DNA from: Felis catus
Taxonomy: Eukaryota
Reading direction: 5' to 3'
Length of the DNA stretch: 64,000 nt
Assembly: GCF_018350175.1 (NCBI RefSeq)
Contig: NC_058368.1
Location: 13,206,001-13,270,000 of the forward strand
Below, in pieces: positions 23,787 to 37,610 of the stretch (the first letter of the stretch is position 1; each line of letters begins with the position of its first letter). Under the pieces are notes generated by a model. The model ran no database searches, was not told where the DNA came from, and saw only the letters and a list, made by a program, of their open reading frames with translations. The translations under genes were made by a program, and so were the position numbers.

Positions 23787-24889
23787 CTAGGATGGAAACT
23801 ATCTTTCTTGGGGAGGAGAGAGGTAAGCCAGTTAACTTTACCTCTTCCTTATAATTTCTTCCTCCACTTATACCCCTTTTGGTCCCTTTCCACATGTATT
23901 CCCTTCCCCTGCTCACATTCTTCAAGAACATTATCCATAAATGTCTTTTAAAAAGGAATAACGGCATAGCACCAAATCTGTCATTACTGGTTACTAAATT
24001 ATACATCTTCAAATATGATTTCACAAACTACTTGTGAGATTGTACAAATGAAAGTAGTCTCTTGTTAAGACAAAGATTAAATCATCAATATATGTCAAAC
24101 TTTAAGAGTTAAGCTACCACTTATATAACTCATAGAAAATCTTTGTAAAATATGGATATGAAACTGAGTTTAAGACAAAAGAATAGTTAGTCTTCATCAA
24201 ATATTTCTCTGTGTTTCAAAATGTGCTGTGACTCATGAAGAACTGACTCTCTTTGAGGTATTGTTCCCATATATTTTCCTGGGAAGAATATTCTCTACTG
24301 TCTTAATTGTTAGTAAATGAACATTTCCTGGATAAAGAACAGGAGAAAAGGTCCCTAAGAGCTAGCTGTTCCCCATGAAGTTAGTGCCTTACTTCTGCAG
24401 GTTAATCATCTATTTGAATATAGCAATGGGAGTCTGCCCACCAGGCTCATTTTTTATAGGCTTTTCACATAGACTGAGTCCAAGTCTTGGTTCTGTGCCC
24501 CTATCTAGTCTCCTGCATGTGGTATCTTTCACCAGCAGAGCCAGCAGACCAATAGGGGCTTCCTACTGTAGTCATACTAGGTCTGGAATGAGCCTGTGAG
24601 AATTGGAACTAATTGGAATTTAGATGTGGGCAGAACTGTTTGGTAGCAACCTTCACCTTTAGGTGCCTTCCTTCTTCACATTTTATAAACCCAGGGTATC
24701 AGATCGTAGAATTTATCTTCCCTGTTTTTAACTTTTCCAGGTAGTATTCTTCTCTCTAAACAATCCAAATGCATTCAACCTATGGAACCACAACTTAAGG
24801 CCCTTCTAAGGAATCAATGGAGAAAATTGGGTCAGAGGATTAATAATAATCAATGCATTGCCGCTTGCAAATAGCACAATTTTATTTTA

Positions 24890-25400
24890 ATTTGATTCAT
24901 TTAAACAAATATTTATTGGCATGTAACAAGTACCAGGCACTGTATTAAGTTTGGGTATATAGTAAAGGAAGATACGACCCCTGACCTCACAGATCTGGAG
25001 TTAGAAGTGGCCATGATACTTGAAATACAGGCAGTATTATAAGAGCTTTGATAAGGGACACTGGCTAGTGTAGTGGACCCAGATTTATAGGTGTAAGAGG
25101 GCTTCCCAAAGACAATGTCTTCTGAGACCTGAAAAGTGGGCCATTAGTCAAGCGTAGGAGGGGCCCAAGAAGGGAGAGTGGTTCTGTCTGAAGGAAAGGG
25201 GGCACAGTACATGGGGGGGGGGGTTGTGAAGAGAATCTGGTGCTGCTGCAAAGCAGAGTGGGAAGGGCAGAGTGGTGAAAGCAGAGGCAAACAGGAGCCT
25301 TCCTACTTGCTGCATTAACCAAAGGAACTCTTTTAATGGTAGATGTAAGACCTAGTGATGGCCAGCAGGAGGCACCTTTTAGGAGAGGTCAATCTTTCAT
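24890..25400 (-). mobile_element. L2 fragment
   Basis: 'ttcatttaaacaaatatttattggcatgtaacaagtaccaggcactgt' is the antisense L2 3' terminus. Confidence 0.75.
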
Positions 25401-25429
25401 GGTCTCCCAACCTAAAGCTTGTGACTCCT

Positions 25430-26280
25430 TGCTGTACCTACATAATGGACAGCCCTACCGTAGACATTCTGAGGGCTGTTTAGTTATCACATGTGTGCAT
25501 CTCTTGGCCTTGATGTGAATAGGTCCCAACACAAATAGCAAGAGAATGCTTCTCAGGTCATAGGTAACTTTCCTAGACATGTGTAATTCTGATTCTTCTC
25601 CTGAACCTAGAGATGACACTATGATCTGTCCTTTCTACAGCTCCTCAGAAAGAAGCTGCATCACTCACAGCAGCCCTGGCTCTGCTTCCATATTCTGAAC
25701 AAAGCAGCCCCACCCACCATTCACAGCTGAATGGTTCTGAGCAGTGCAGCTGGTAGAAGGAAAGCTATCTATGGGTTGACTTTGTTGTAGCCTGGCTCAA
25801 AAAATGAGCTGGTAAAATCACATCTTTGCTTCCTATAATCTGGACTAGGAAATGGAGAGACTGGGCTAGTTACGAGTGAAATGAACAATGAAAATATGCT
25901 ACATGGTCGAGTCTGGATTACTGTAAGACCAATTCAGTACAAGTCAAAGCTTAGTCGCAGTTCTGGTGAGGATCAAATAAGTCAATGCATGTTTAATTCT
26001 TAGTGCCTGACACAGGGAATATGCTCAATAAGGATTAGTATTACTAATTTTGTATCTTGATGCTGACAACATGGCCAGAAAAAGCTTTTTGGCAGAGAGG
26101 CATGTGGAGTAAGCAAATGCACAGAGAAGCTGAAATGGCATGAGGGAGAGGCCAGACCCAGGCCTGCTACCATTTTAGTTTCAATTGCAAATCACATGCA
26201 TCCCTTATATAGATGCCCTGTCCCTTGAGGTAACTGGGGAGAGATTCTGTTCTTTTACAGCTAAATAAACCCAACTAATT
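25430..26280 (+). mobile_element. Probable ancient LTR (LTR78-like) with an internal MIR fragment (~25960-26045)
   Basis: 'aaaaaatgagctggtaaaatcacatc', terminal 'aaataaacc'; MIR piece 'gtgaggatcaaataag...gtgcctgacaca'. Confidence 0.35.
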
Positions 26281-27149
26281 AACTTCATAGTTCACAGAAT
26301 GAATTAGGCAAAATGAGTTGCTGTTCCTAAACTGAGTTGTAGCATTTGGGCGCATGATCTCATGTCAGAATGATGAACTGTTGTTAAATCCTAAAGCTCT
26401 AGAGCATTCTTTTCACCCAAGTGTATGTTTATCAATGAATTTAATAACCCCCCTCGCTACACAGATGAGCTGATACTATTTGGCCCATGGATTTTTCACA
26501 GATTCTGCCCTGTAAAATCTTGGGATAATGAACTAACTGAAAAATTTTCCACACAGGCCAATTCTGATACAAGTCCCTTTGGCAGCCCAGTTCCAGGAGA
26601 GGCAAAAGAAATGTCTGATGACATATGGGTCTAGCCAAGACACTAACAAAAGGGTAAACCATTTGAAACTTCTAATTAAAGAGGAATAAAGTAAGCAGGA
26701 AAAATAGTAATGATCCTAACACCATGAAATGCTTCATTATGAATTGACATAAAAATAATGTTCTTAAACCTGAAATAAAGATTATGTTCTCAAATGAGAT
26801 GGTGGAACAGGGTAAGCAACTCCCTTGACGTAGAAGAAGTACAGCACCAGAAGAGGAGGGCCGGGTAAATAGGGGAATAATTGAGACTTATGTATCAGTC
26901 AATATCATCTGCCCCAGCCTTGAAATCAAGAATTATGCTTTTGAGCAAAGCAATCAATCTTTTAATATTGGAATTCTGTCTTCCTTCTCAGGTTTATTTC
27001 ATCCAAATCACCATGCTGTAGTTAAACTTTACATTGTTTCATAAGGATGCTTCTGTTTTCTTGTGGCTGGTGGTTATCATTTTAAAAGGATTGACCTGTT
27101 GAAAGAGTTCAGGATGGGTTTGTTATCACAGATCCTTAAAGATGGGCTT

Positions 27150-27364
27150 TAAGCATCTGGATGATTAAGCATCCGACTCTTGATTTTGGCTCAGGTCATG
27201 ATCTGGCATGTTTCTTGAGATTGAGCCCTCTGTTGGGCTCTGCGCTGACAGCATGGAGCCTGCTTGGGATTCTCTCTCTCCCTCTCTCTGTGCCTCTCCC
27301 CTGCTCCCTCTCTCCTTCTCTCACTCTCTCTCTCTCTTAAAGTAAATAAATAAACATTAAAAAC
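27150..27364 (+). mobile_element. CanSINE (older, degenerate head)
   Basis: SINE body with (CT)n and A tail; TSD aaagatgggctt at 27138-27149 and 27365-27376. Confidence 0.93.
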
Positions 27365-27685
27365 AAAGATGGGCTTCCTTGGTTGCACACATAGTACAGC
27401 CATTACTCTTTTATTTTGAAGGTTCTCCTGTGAAACTTTCCAAACATTCACAGAGGAAAAGAGGCTAGAGCAATGATCTCCTAGTTATCCAGTGCATGAC
27501 TTCAATCTCTAATAACATTTTGCCAACATTTTTTTTATCTATCTCCCAGCTTATTGATTGATTTGTTTGTGTTTGATTGAGTATTATAAGCAAATCCCAG
27601 ACATCTCATTCCACTCACAGATACCTTGTTATGCATAACAGACATCAAATATTATATTACTTTTTTAAAAAAAGAACAGAAAGAT

Positions 27686-27854
27686 GGGGTACCTGGGTGG
27701 CTCACTCAGTGTCTGACTTTGGCTCAGGTCACAATCTCATGGTTGGTGAGTTTGAGCCCCACATCAGGCTCTGCACTGACAGTATGGAGTCTGCTTAGGT
27801 TTCTGTCTCCTTCTCTCTCTCTGCCCCTCTCCCACTTGCTCTCTAGCTCTCTGA

Positions 27855-27894
<40 letters not shown>

Positions 27895-27899
27895 GAAAG
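27686..27899 (+). mobile_element. CanSINE with (GAAA)n-expanded tail
   Basis: TSD aaagaacagaaag at 27671-27683 and 27900-27912. Confidence 0.94.
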
Positions 27900-28210
27900 A
27901 AAGAACAGAAAGGGAAACTTGAAAAATATTGGCCTCTACCATTGCTTTCCAGGTATCCAAATTCACCCCTCCTTCAAGGCCCCAATTCAATTTTACTAGG
28001 CCCCCTCTCAAAAGAGAGTGCATCATCTGATCTACATATCTGGGAATTCATTTTCTGCTGTCTTACATGTAGCATGTCCTTAATTGACTTGATATAATGT
28101 TAAATTGTCTATTTGTATTTAACTTCCCGAGAATTTATGTTGTGTGCCAAAGAAGAACTAGGCAGAAATGAAGGATAAAGGAAACACTCACATTTAGACT
28201 CAAGGAAATC

Positions 28211-28233
28211 CAACTGAGCCACCCAGGTGCCCC
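28211..28233 (-). mobile_element. 23-bp CanSINE head remnant
   Basis: caactgagccacccaggtgcccc is the reverse complement of the SINE head GGGGCACCTGGGTGGCTCAGTTG; no body or tail nearby. Confidence 0.8.
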
Positions 28234-28456
28234 TCAACTGAGATTCTTGTATTTTACTTGTTTTCTGAGTCTCAGTTTCTACAGCTGCCAAAGAGAAGGA
28301 ATTGGCCCTGTTATACTGCAAGCTACCCACATTTTTACTCACATTGTAATTTGTACTTATTCTAATTTTTAAATATGGGATTCATGCTGCATGAATATAT
28401 TTCAGCAAGATCAGAAGCATTGCCTATGATTTTTCAATCCAATAAAATAGCATAAA

Positions 28457-28457
<1 letters not shown>

Positions 28458-28495
<38 letters not shown>
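28458..28495. repeat. (CA)n microsatellite
   Basis: About 19 perfect units; followed by a MIR fragment (~28500-28580). Confidence 0.98.
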
Positions 28496-28496
<1 letters not shown>

Positions 28497-31464
28497 TCCT
28501 GTGAGGATTAAATGAGATAATGAATGTGAAATGTCTGGTTCACAGCAGACTACGATGAATGGTATCTATTATTATTAGCTTGTGACCATCTGCCTGGGAG
28601 AAGAGCCTGTCTTACAGAACTCGTTTCTTTCCTCACAGAGCTTAGTTAGCCCTGTGATTTACACACAACTGGGATAAGCCCAATTAATATTTGGGTCATT
28701 GATTTGCTGATACACCAGGTAGAATGATGTTTATATAGTAGGAAAAAAATTAAACTTGCAATAGAGAATTTTCACAGTATCTGGAGAGAAGTTTTGATAC
28801 GCTTTGGAGTCACAGGTAAAAGGACAAAATAGGATGTGTCCTGAGATTCAGCTAGCCACACACAAACGGGATTTTGAAACTTGCCTTGGGCAATATAAAA
28901 GTAACCTCAAGGTGATAACTCAGCACAAGGTTATTACGTTCTGATTTATCTTTCTCCAATCTCTCCCTCAAAATATGAAAAAATCTGCTAGACAATTTAA
29001 CAGGACACATGGACAACCTCGCCTAAGCCCTGTGATCTGTTAATCCTCCCTGAAACCAGCTAGCAATTTCTAAGTCCTGTTTCTTTGGATTCTTCCAGTT
29101 CTGGAATAAACATCTTGCAAAGACCTGTGAAACAGACCAAAAATGATAGGATCCCTCCGGTCAATGTGTTTTGCATGCACTAGCATGGTCTAGGGAATGT
29201 ATGACCACAGCCTCAAAGAGCCAGGCAAGGTTGCTATGTTTCTAACACAAGTCCACAACTAAGGACAATAGAAGCATGTTTTATTGGTAGAAAATCTCTA
29301 GTGCTTTGACTCTCCATCTACTTTATCTTCTCCCAGAAACCTGTTTCTTCTGGTGCTGCTGGGAGGGGCCTTTGAGATTCTTCTGGGGAGTGGAAGGCCA
29401 GAGTTGCCAGGCTGGCGGCAAATTGCAGTATTATTAAGTGCAGTATTATTAAGCAGGTATTAGTTGAGGTTGGCAAAACCTCTCTCACTCCCTCTGCTCC
29501 CTTGCCTGTCAATATTTATTGATTCTCCATAGTGTCCAGAGCTGTCTTTAAGTCCTCATTTTTCTTCCTCCTCAGCCTCCTCCTTGTAACAGAGTCAACT
29601 CTGGGTTGAAAATGGGAAGACATGACCCTGGATCCACTTCCCCTCCAAAGCAAGGACATTTGACTACATGTGATCATGTTTTTTAAGTGTGTATTTTTTA
29701 AGTGTGTTTTTAAGTGTGTGTTTGAACATTTGCCCACTGTAGGCAGAGTATTTGGAGAACAGAGAAGTGTGAGGGCCTGTCAGAAAATGGTCCTCAGCTT
29801 GAAGTCTGTCATGGCTATTACCTTGAAAATAAGGGAAATCAGGTGGATGAGAGCTCAGTCTTTGAGCATCTCTTCAAAGAAGCAGGATTTCTTGATCTGT
29901 ACAGTGTCTGGAATTATGCTGGGGCCTCAGTAAGCATCAGGGCAACAGGGTGAGCACGGAGAGGTGAGGTGAGTGAACCTTCTGTGTAGACACAGGTGAG
30001 AGTAGGTCGAGATGAACCAGGGAGTGGGCCATTTCCTGACATAACTCACTGCCCAGCTCTGCTCCCCTGCTACCCTTACTCACTGCAGTAATGGTGGTTT
30101 CTAAGGAGACCACTGAGGGCTGGACAGCAGGGGGTCGTGTAGATACTCTGTTCACGCGGTCATGGATCTGGTTGTCTAGTGATCCCCATATCTGGCCATG
30201 GTCGTGGGGGAGGGGGATCCCTGTAAAAACCTTTATTTCTTTAAATTGCATTAGAGAGAGAAATACTTTTATAAAAAGAAATATTTCGTAAGGTTATTCA
30301 CAGACACCAGCTAGCAATGAGGCCCTTTGCCCACAGTAAGCAACTGATTCATGTTCTGGCCCCAGAACTGTGCTGAGCACAAGATACATTCAGACTGGGG
30401 TAGGGAGGCAGAGGAAGAATGCAGGAGTGAAAAATAGAAAAAAAAACAATGAAGGCTATTCCAAAAGAAAATGTGGGTCTATGGCACATTATTACGTAGT
30501 AATGGCTCACATGTTTAGTGCTTACTTACTATGTGGCAGATGTTGAAAATAACAAGCTCAATAAGCTCAGTCCCTTCTTTTCCAGAACTAGTGGGTCTGG
30601 TGAGGGTGGAGGGAGCAACCTTCACAGACAGCAGGTCTTCTGCTCCTCATAGCAAACCCAGGCAGTAGGGAGGGCAGGTACACCCAAAGTGAGACCTGTT
30701 GTGTAATATCACACAGATAGCACTTATGGGTGCCTTTCTACTCTACCACACTGCTCCGAATCTAAATTAGTCACATAAAACAGTATAAAGGGTCCCATGC
30801 AACTTTATCCATTGAATGAGTGAGTTTAAAAATAATTATAATACTGTTTGCCAGTGAAGAGTTGCTAACAAAATACTTCACAAAATTCTTTCCTTAATGA
30901 GTGAACGATTTCCCTTGCATATCTATTTCAACATATGACAGGTTCAAAATACTTTATCATAGGGAATGGAAAGAAAATATGAACCTAGCCAGTGTCAAAA
31001 TTATCATAAGTTCTGACCTAGTGGATTTTAAATTTTAATGAGCTTTATTAGGTATTTTGTTCCCTTAATATTTTATGCCATGGACTTTTCATCAAAAGGG
31101 CATGGAAACATTGTATATTGTTAAAGGGTAAGAAAATTCTGAGGAACTAATTTTCCATTTAACCTTAAGTTCAATCGACTTAAGTCTTTGCGAAGGAAGA
31201 GCATAAATTCTACCATTACAATCAAACTTTCATGGATTCAGAATTTTTAAGAAAGTCTAAAGTAACCTGATAACCTTAAAATAAATCTTCCTGAGAAAAA
31301 GTAGTTTTTTTTCTGAGGCTACTTTTAAATAAGACTTGATATTACAGTTGTATGAATGAATATTTGAAAATACTGACTTGTTATATTTGTTCCTTGGCAT
31401 TTTCCTCAGAATATTGATGTTACCCCCTTATTGAGCAACTCTATTATGTGTGCATAGGATGTTC

Positions 31465-31678
31465 TTTTTTTTTTTTTTAAAGTTTATTCATTTATTTTGA
31501 GAGAGAGACAGTGCAAGTGGGGGGGCAGAGAGAGAGGGAGGGAGAAAGAATCACAAGCAGGCTCCATGCTGCCAGAGCTGAGCCTGATGTGGGGCTTAAA
31601 CTCATGAAACCTCGAAATCATGACCTGAGCTGAAACCAAGAGGTGAATGCTTAACCCACTGAGCCACTCAGGCACCCC
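31465..31678 (-). mobile_element. CanSINE
   Basis: Poly-T tail, antisense body ending 'gagccactcaggcacccc'. Confidence 0.94.
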
Positions 31679-33039
31679 AAATATTCTTAAACCTTCTGGA
31701 GGCCTGGGAGGTAGCAGTAATAAGTTTTTGAATTAGATTACTCTTTCTTTTCTCCCTTCCTTCATTCCTTCCTTACTTCTACCCCTCCTCTCATGAATAA
31801 GCACTTTTTGAGCCCCAGAGTTGACCACATATTTAGTCTTCTATATTTACCCCAGGTTTCTTTGAAAGATACAAATAAAAATGGTATCACAAGGTGCTGC
31901 TAAGGGGTCAAGGCAGAGAGGATCCTCTATAAATGAAAAGGAGGAAAAGGAGGTGCAGAGAAACATGACATCAAGTGCTTCATCTTTTTACAAGTGTTAC
32001 CAAATTAGGAGGTAAGAAATCAAGCATTTACAAGACCCTAAAGGGTATCTATTCTCAGGGATATGACAGGATTGGGGGGAAAAGAGGCAGATGAGACTCA
32101 AATACACCTCTTCAACATACTTATGTTTTAAAATTGCATTTCAGCTAGCACTGTTTGGGGTTAGGTGTGGTTTTGCTGAGAAATAAAAATGGACCATGGT
32201 AGGCCAAGAGAAGGGATAAAACTACTGGAGCTTCTCAGAGCCAGGGCTAGGCTTTCAAGGTGAGGGTGAAGGAGAAGAGAACATGTGTGAGAACATGTGT
32301 GATGTTCATTTCGGCATTCTTCTGCCTACTCCAGAGTAGGGAAAGATGAAACAAGTGAGGGCCAAGGACCAAATCGAGAACAAAAGACATTCATTTTATT
32401 TCTATTAGAAACATACGGATAGAGGATGGATGACTTAAGAGAGTTCATGTGAAAATCAAGAAGATGGGATCTTAATCTTCCTATGCTCTTGACATGGTGT
32501 TGGATACACACCTTCTGTGCATCCAGGAAACTCATAACTGGCATAACAAACACGTAAACAACCAAAGTTAACGCCAACTGCTATGGGAACAGAAAAAGGA
32601 GACGTGTTCTCTTAGGGAAAATTGGAGTTCATGAAAGATTGATAGATTTTGGAGTATGGTTTGAACTAGGAACTAGTATGGATGGTTTTACCATTAAGAG
32701 AAAAACATGAGATGAACAGTTATCAGGCACTTTGATAGGTCAGAGTTGTGAAAACATACAGTTTTCAGGAAAAATGAACAGGTGTAATTAAAAATATAGG
32801 TTGTAGTGAGAGATTACAGTAAGGTGGTGAGAGAAGAATGGAGGCCAGACTATGAGATGTCTTGAAGGAAACTGGCAATGGGCAATAGAGAGCCACTGAT
32901 TTTTTGGGGGTGTGGGTGGTGGGGGTGAGAGGAGGATAGGCTGTGAGGGCCCACCATCAAATCTTTATTTTAGATAACCTTTTACAGGAGTGTGGAAGAC
33001 GATGCATGGCAGAACTCCTGTTTTTGAATTCTAGCTTCC

Positions 33040-33400
33040 TGTTGTAGGTTGGTTTCTGGGAAGCAGCCTCTGAGATGGAGATTTGTAGGCAAAAAGTTTA
33101 TTATCCTTAGGATCTACACCAGTGGGAAAGCAGGATTAGGCTGAGAGAGGAGTTGCCATCATAACAAATGCCTCAGGTTATTCCAGATGGAGCCCCAGAG
33201 TTGGGATGCCTGTTAAGAATTACATCAAATTGGGCAAATGAGGTCAGGCCTTATCCCCATATCAAGTGGTCATTGGATAAAGAAGAAGGTGTAGGCTTGG
33301 TCAGGTAAGATCAGTCTTCAATGGGGAGAACATGGCTGGCTGCAAGCTATCAGTTGTCAACACTCTCAGCAATTGGTGGAATGAATGTTTCAGTTCAACC
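33040..33400 (-). mobile_element. ERV-L solo LTR (LTR16-like)
   Basis: 'ggttggtttctgggaagcagcctctgagatggagattt...aagtttatt...gaaagcaggattaggctgagagaggagttg'. Confidence 0.7.
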
Positions 33401-33404
33401 CTCA

Positions 33405-33747
33405 TCCCCAGTCCTTCTAATTTCCAGAAAATGGCTCCACCACTTACTCCATTAATCATGCCAAAGCCTAGGGACTTCCTTGGGTTCCCTCTTTCCTTTA
33501 TACTTCACATCCATTCCATCAGTAAATCCTATCAGCTCTTCCTTTAAGGTGTTCATCTATTTACAGTCAGCATACATTAATCTTAGCTTATGTTCCCTCA
33601 TCTACCACTGGGACTGATACAATAGACTCTACTGTGGTCTCCCTGCTTCCACCCTTGCTTGCTTGCAATCGCCTCTCTACACAGTATTGCATCAATGCCT
33701 GGAAATTAGTGAATGCTCAATACATATTAAGCGGAATGAATGAATGA
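33405..33747 (+). mobile_element. L2 3' fragment
   Basis: 'cacatccattccatcagtaaatcctatcagctc', 'ggtctccctgcttccaccctt', terminal (gaat)n. Confidence 0.8.
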
Positions 33748-34379
33748 CCTCAGAAGATAGTGATCTCTTTAGCTACAGAGGGACTATTCTGGTGAAATGG
33801 AGAGTTTTTGGCTCCTGGATAATCTAAGGAAAAAAGGAAAAGAAGAAATAAATGTTGAATATTAAGGAATATCTTGAAAGGTAAAATCCTATAAATGTCC
33901 ACACGTGTCAAACTCATGTCAAAAAGTTTAATTTATTAATTAATGAGAGACCTAGTAAGACATTACAACTAGTTCAAAGGTCAGTTCAAAGTTTACACAG
34001 GTATACCAGCAATAAATAATGCTGAAACAAATTTATAAACACTTATAAAATTGGCTTATAAAAGCAGGGGGGAGGAAACCAATTTTATTTTCACCTTTTT
34101 ATTTGTATCACTATGGAGAAGAATCATTTCCATTGCTAACCTAAAGATATATACAATAGGTTAAAGACTGAAAGTTGTGGGGACCCCATAAAATCAGCTG
34201 ACCTGTGCATAGACACCTAGTTTTTCATCAAAGATATCTAGCAATCTTTTTAATTCATTTTAAAGCCTCATATATTTTTCCTTTCATGGGGAAGAAGAAA
34301 GAAAGCAAAAGAAAAAAAACAAAAGGGAACTTTTTTGGACCTTTTTTTGTGTAATGCCTGTTTCCCTGGAGAAATTATT

Positions 34380-34590
34380 TTAAATTTTTATCTATTTTTG
34401 AGAGAGAAAGAGAGACAGAGAATGAGCAGGGGAGGTGCAGAGAGAGAGGGACATACAGAATCTGAAGCAGGCTCCAGGCTCTGAGCTGCCAGCACAGAGC
34501 CCGATGCAGGGCTCAAACTCACAAACTGTGAGATCATGACCTGAGCCGAAGTCGAACGCTCAACTGACTGAGCCACCCAGGTGCCCCCCC
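34380..34590 (-). mobile_element. CanSINE
   Basis: TSD ggagaaattatt at 34368-34379 and 34598-34609; C-run at the head. Confidence 0.96.
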
Positions 34591-36479
34591 CGCCCCCGGA
34601 GAAATTATTAATATCAAGCCTTTAGCTCTCAAAATTTTTTGGAAGGTATACAGTTACCCTATCTGAAATTCACTGTGATTTCACTACTATTCACTTAAAA
34701 CCACTTGAGGTACACAACAAAAAGATTGAGTTGGGACAGAGCTACGGTGTGAAGGATTAGCAAGATGTCAATTAGTACTATAAACCTAAGTGGCAGCAAG
34801 TCAGTGATGTGAGTTTTGAAACAGGCAGACTATGGAGCAGCCATAGCTACTCTAGGCTGTCTCTTGAGTGAGAGACATGATTCATCTGTCTGACTGGATT
34901 TAGTCAGTCTCTGATTTCACTGGTCATAGGACCTTTTAATAGTGGGTGGTAGTCAAAGGTTTGGACAGCTTCACCTTTTCAAACATGGAGGATTTCGTGT
35001 TTTCTGGGAACATTCCAAAGCAATGAGTCCATACTCATTGTAAGTATGTCTGGAAGAGGCAGAAGAGGGGTGAAAGGGCAGAGCATTAGTATCTTATAGC
35101 CACAATATTCTATATTCATTTCCCAAGCCGGACAAGCTGAATGAATATCTAAATGACTGAATTTGCTTTTGATTTTGTTTGTTTTCAAAATGTTTTGACC
35201 TTCTTTGTTGTTTCTGCAGACTCTGACAGTTATAGGAATCTCTCTCATTCCCTTCTCTTTCCTCTGATTTACACTTTGGAGGGTTTTCAAGTTCTATCAC
35301 CTCTGCCTTCTCCTTTGTGGCATCATGCTGGGAGCAGAAAGCTTATTAATCACACTTGTAGAGTTTTCCCTGAAATCTCACAAAATAGAAAGTGTTTTTC
35401 TATAAGTCATAGAGGATTTGCTTATTCTTTTCTCTTTTTCAAACTAAGAAGTCACATTGTGAACCATAAACAGAACTCATTCCCAGAGGGATTAAGGCTA
35501 ATCTTAGAATCAACTATTTATGAACTATCTACAAATGGAACCACATTTGAATCCATTCTATGAACAATAGTGTGAACAAATGCAAACATAGCTACTAAAA
35601 AGTTTGCCAACTGCAGGCTCTAATCAAAGTCTCCTTTATTCTGAGAAGCAAGTGAGGACCTTGTAAAGGGGTCGGCTCATCATTTGGAAGTACCCTTTGA
35701 AATGTAAAGTCAAAGTAGAAGTCTTAATGTGGAAGTGGACTTGAGTGTTGGCTTCAAGTATCAGAGTATTCTGGCTGAGCCTCTGATTTGTATGTGATGA
35801 GAATCCCCCTTAGAAATGTTTTTGAATCATTGACATTTACAAAGCAAGTCATTTTTCAGAGAGGGCTGATCCTTAAAGTAAGTTCTTGAATACCAAAGGA
35901 AAACAACCAAGGCAGCACCAGCTCAGGCATCCAAGACTCACCTTCTCAAATGGGAAGGTTCATGCCACAAGCATTTTGCAAAAGATTTCTCTAAATGGTA
36001 ATAGTGATGACTAACATTTGCCTTGCCCTTTATGGCTTGCAAAGTGCTTTCAACCCAAGATGTCGTTTCAGAAGCTCTCAGTGTGGATCTTAACAACATC
36101 ACCTTGGGGAAGTGGAAACAAGGCTCAGCAGTAAGTGTCAGAAGATTGTCATTTCTGGCTACCTTACTCTTCACCCTTGCCTTCATGAGTCTCTAGGGAT
36201 AAGATTCTCCTGGAAAGGAGTATAAACTGTGGTTATTATAATACTTCAGAGCATCTCCCTTGCAGTGTCTCTTTTACATAAATACTCATTGAGTTTTGTA
36301 TTACCTTAGGATCTGTTGCAAAAAGTGGGTGCTAATTAAACATGGGAATATTTTTTAAATCACAAAATAGCCAGGAATCTGGCTATTCATATTTGTTTCA
36401 CATTCATTTCAATGCTAGATTGGTCAGACTTTCAAGCAAACAATCAGACTTATGTGTATCTCTGTATTCTGAAAACAGG

Positions 36480-36880
36480 GTTAATTCATTTATATATTCA
36501 GGGAATGTTTAAGTAACTATTATGTCAATACCTCCCATTTTTAGAACACACAAAGATGAGTAAAGATTCTGTCCTCCATAAGCATACAATCTATCAGTGA
36601 GTATAAGATATGTACACAACCCATAATGTGAAATGTCAAAGTTTACAAAGATGAAGAATTAGAATCTATTCCTGAATGAGGAGAATTAGAGCAAACCTCA
36701 CAGAGTAGGGTTTGAACTGGGTCTTGATGAACGGGTGGGGTTTCCAAGGGTGGATGAGAGAAGGTATGTATTCCAACGGGAAGAAATAGCATGCAAGATG
36801 GAAAAGCAAGGGTGTGTTTGGGACATGTTGAGTTATCCATATGGTATGAGTACAAATGATGATAAAGAACCCTCTGAATG
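36480..36880 (-). mobile_element. L2 fragment
   Basis: 'ttcatttatatattcagggaatgtttaagtaactattatgtc', 'tttgaactgggtcttgatgaacgggtggggtttc'. Confidence 0.65.
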
Positions 36881-37079
36881 GAGAGCATTCTTGTGTGGCT
36901 CTGACAAATTCTTTTCTGTGCACATCCTAAGAAAAACAGTGATCTCAAATAAAATTAAAATTGAAATCTATGCCACATATTAACATGAAGTCCGAGTCAC
37001 ATACATAGATAAGTATTTAGCTCTAACAGTCTTTAATTATGTATGTTCACAACTGACTCATGTACCTATTTTTGTAGTT

Positions 37080-37510
37080 ATTACTTTTCTCTTTTGTTCT
37101 ATAAAGAAACAAAAACAGTTCTTATTATAAAAGCAATGCATTTCCTTCTATCATTAAGCAAAAAGAATAAAACAAGTAAGCAAAAACCACTATCCTCAAA
37201 AGTCACGGTTCACATTTTATGTATATTTTTATCGTCTACTGTGTAGATGTATGTACTTTTAATATATTGGAAACATTTTTTCTGCCCTTAAACTTTCTCT
37301 ACATGTATTTTTTTTACTATATGCTATTCCATTTTATAGAAGTCCCATGATTTATGTAACCAATTTCTTATTGCTAGACATCTGGGAAGACTATGGGTTT
37401 TCTCTTGAAAAATAGAAAGTGTTGCAATGAACAGTTTATAATTAAATCTTTGCAACACACATGAGAATTTCCTTAACGTAAATACGTAGAAGTGGAATCC
37501 CTGTTTCATG

Positions 37511-37544
<34 letters not shown>

Positions 37545-37610
37545 AAATTCTATTCCAGAAAAGTTGTACCTTTCTTGTCTCCCACCTACAGTAAAGCTAT
37601 CTTACTTCTC
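37080..37610 (-). mobile_element. Old L1 3' fragment (L1ME-like) with (TG)n at ~37514-37542
   Basis: 'catgatttatgtaaccaatttcttattgctagacatctggg', 'gcaatgaaca'. Confidence 0.55.

Noticed and set aside
35153..35563. 136-aa ORF, one of the longest outside recognised repeats
   Set aside because: No recognisable domain, composition typical of AT-rich non-coding DNA, no convincing exon structure.
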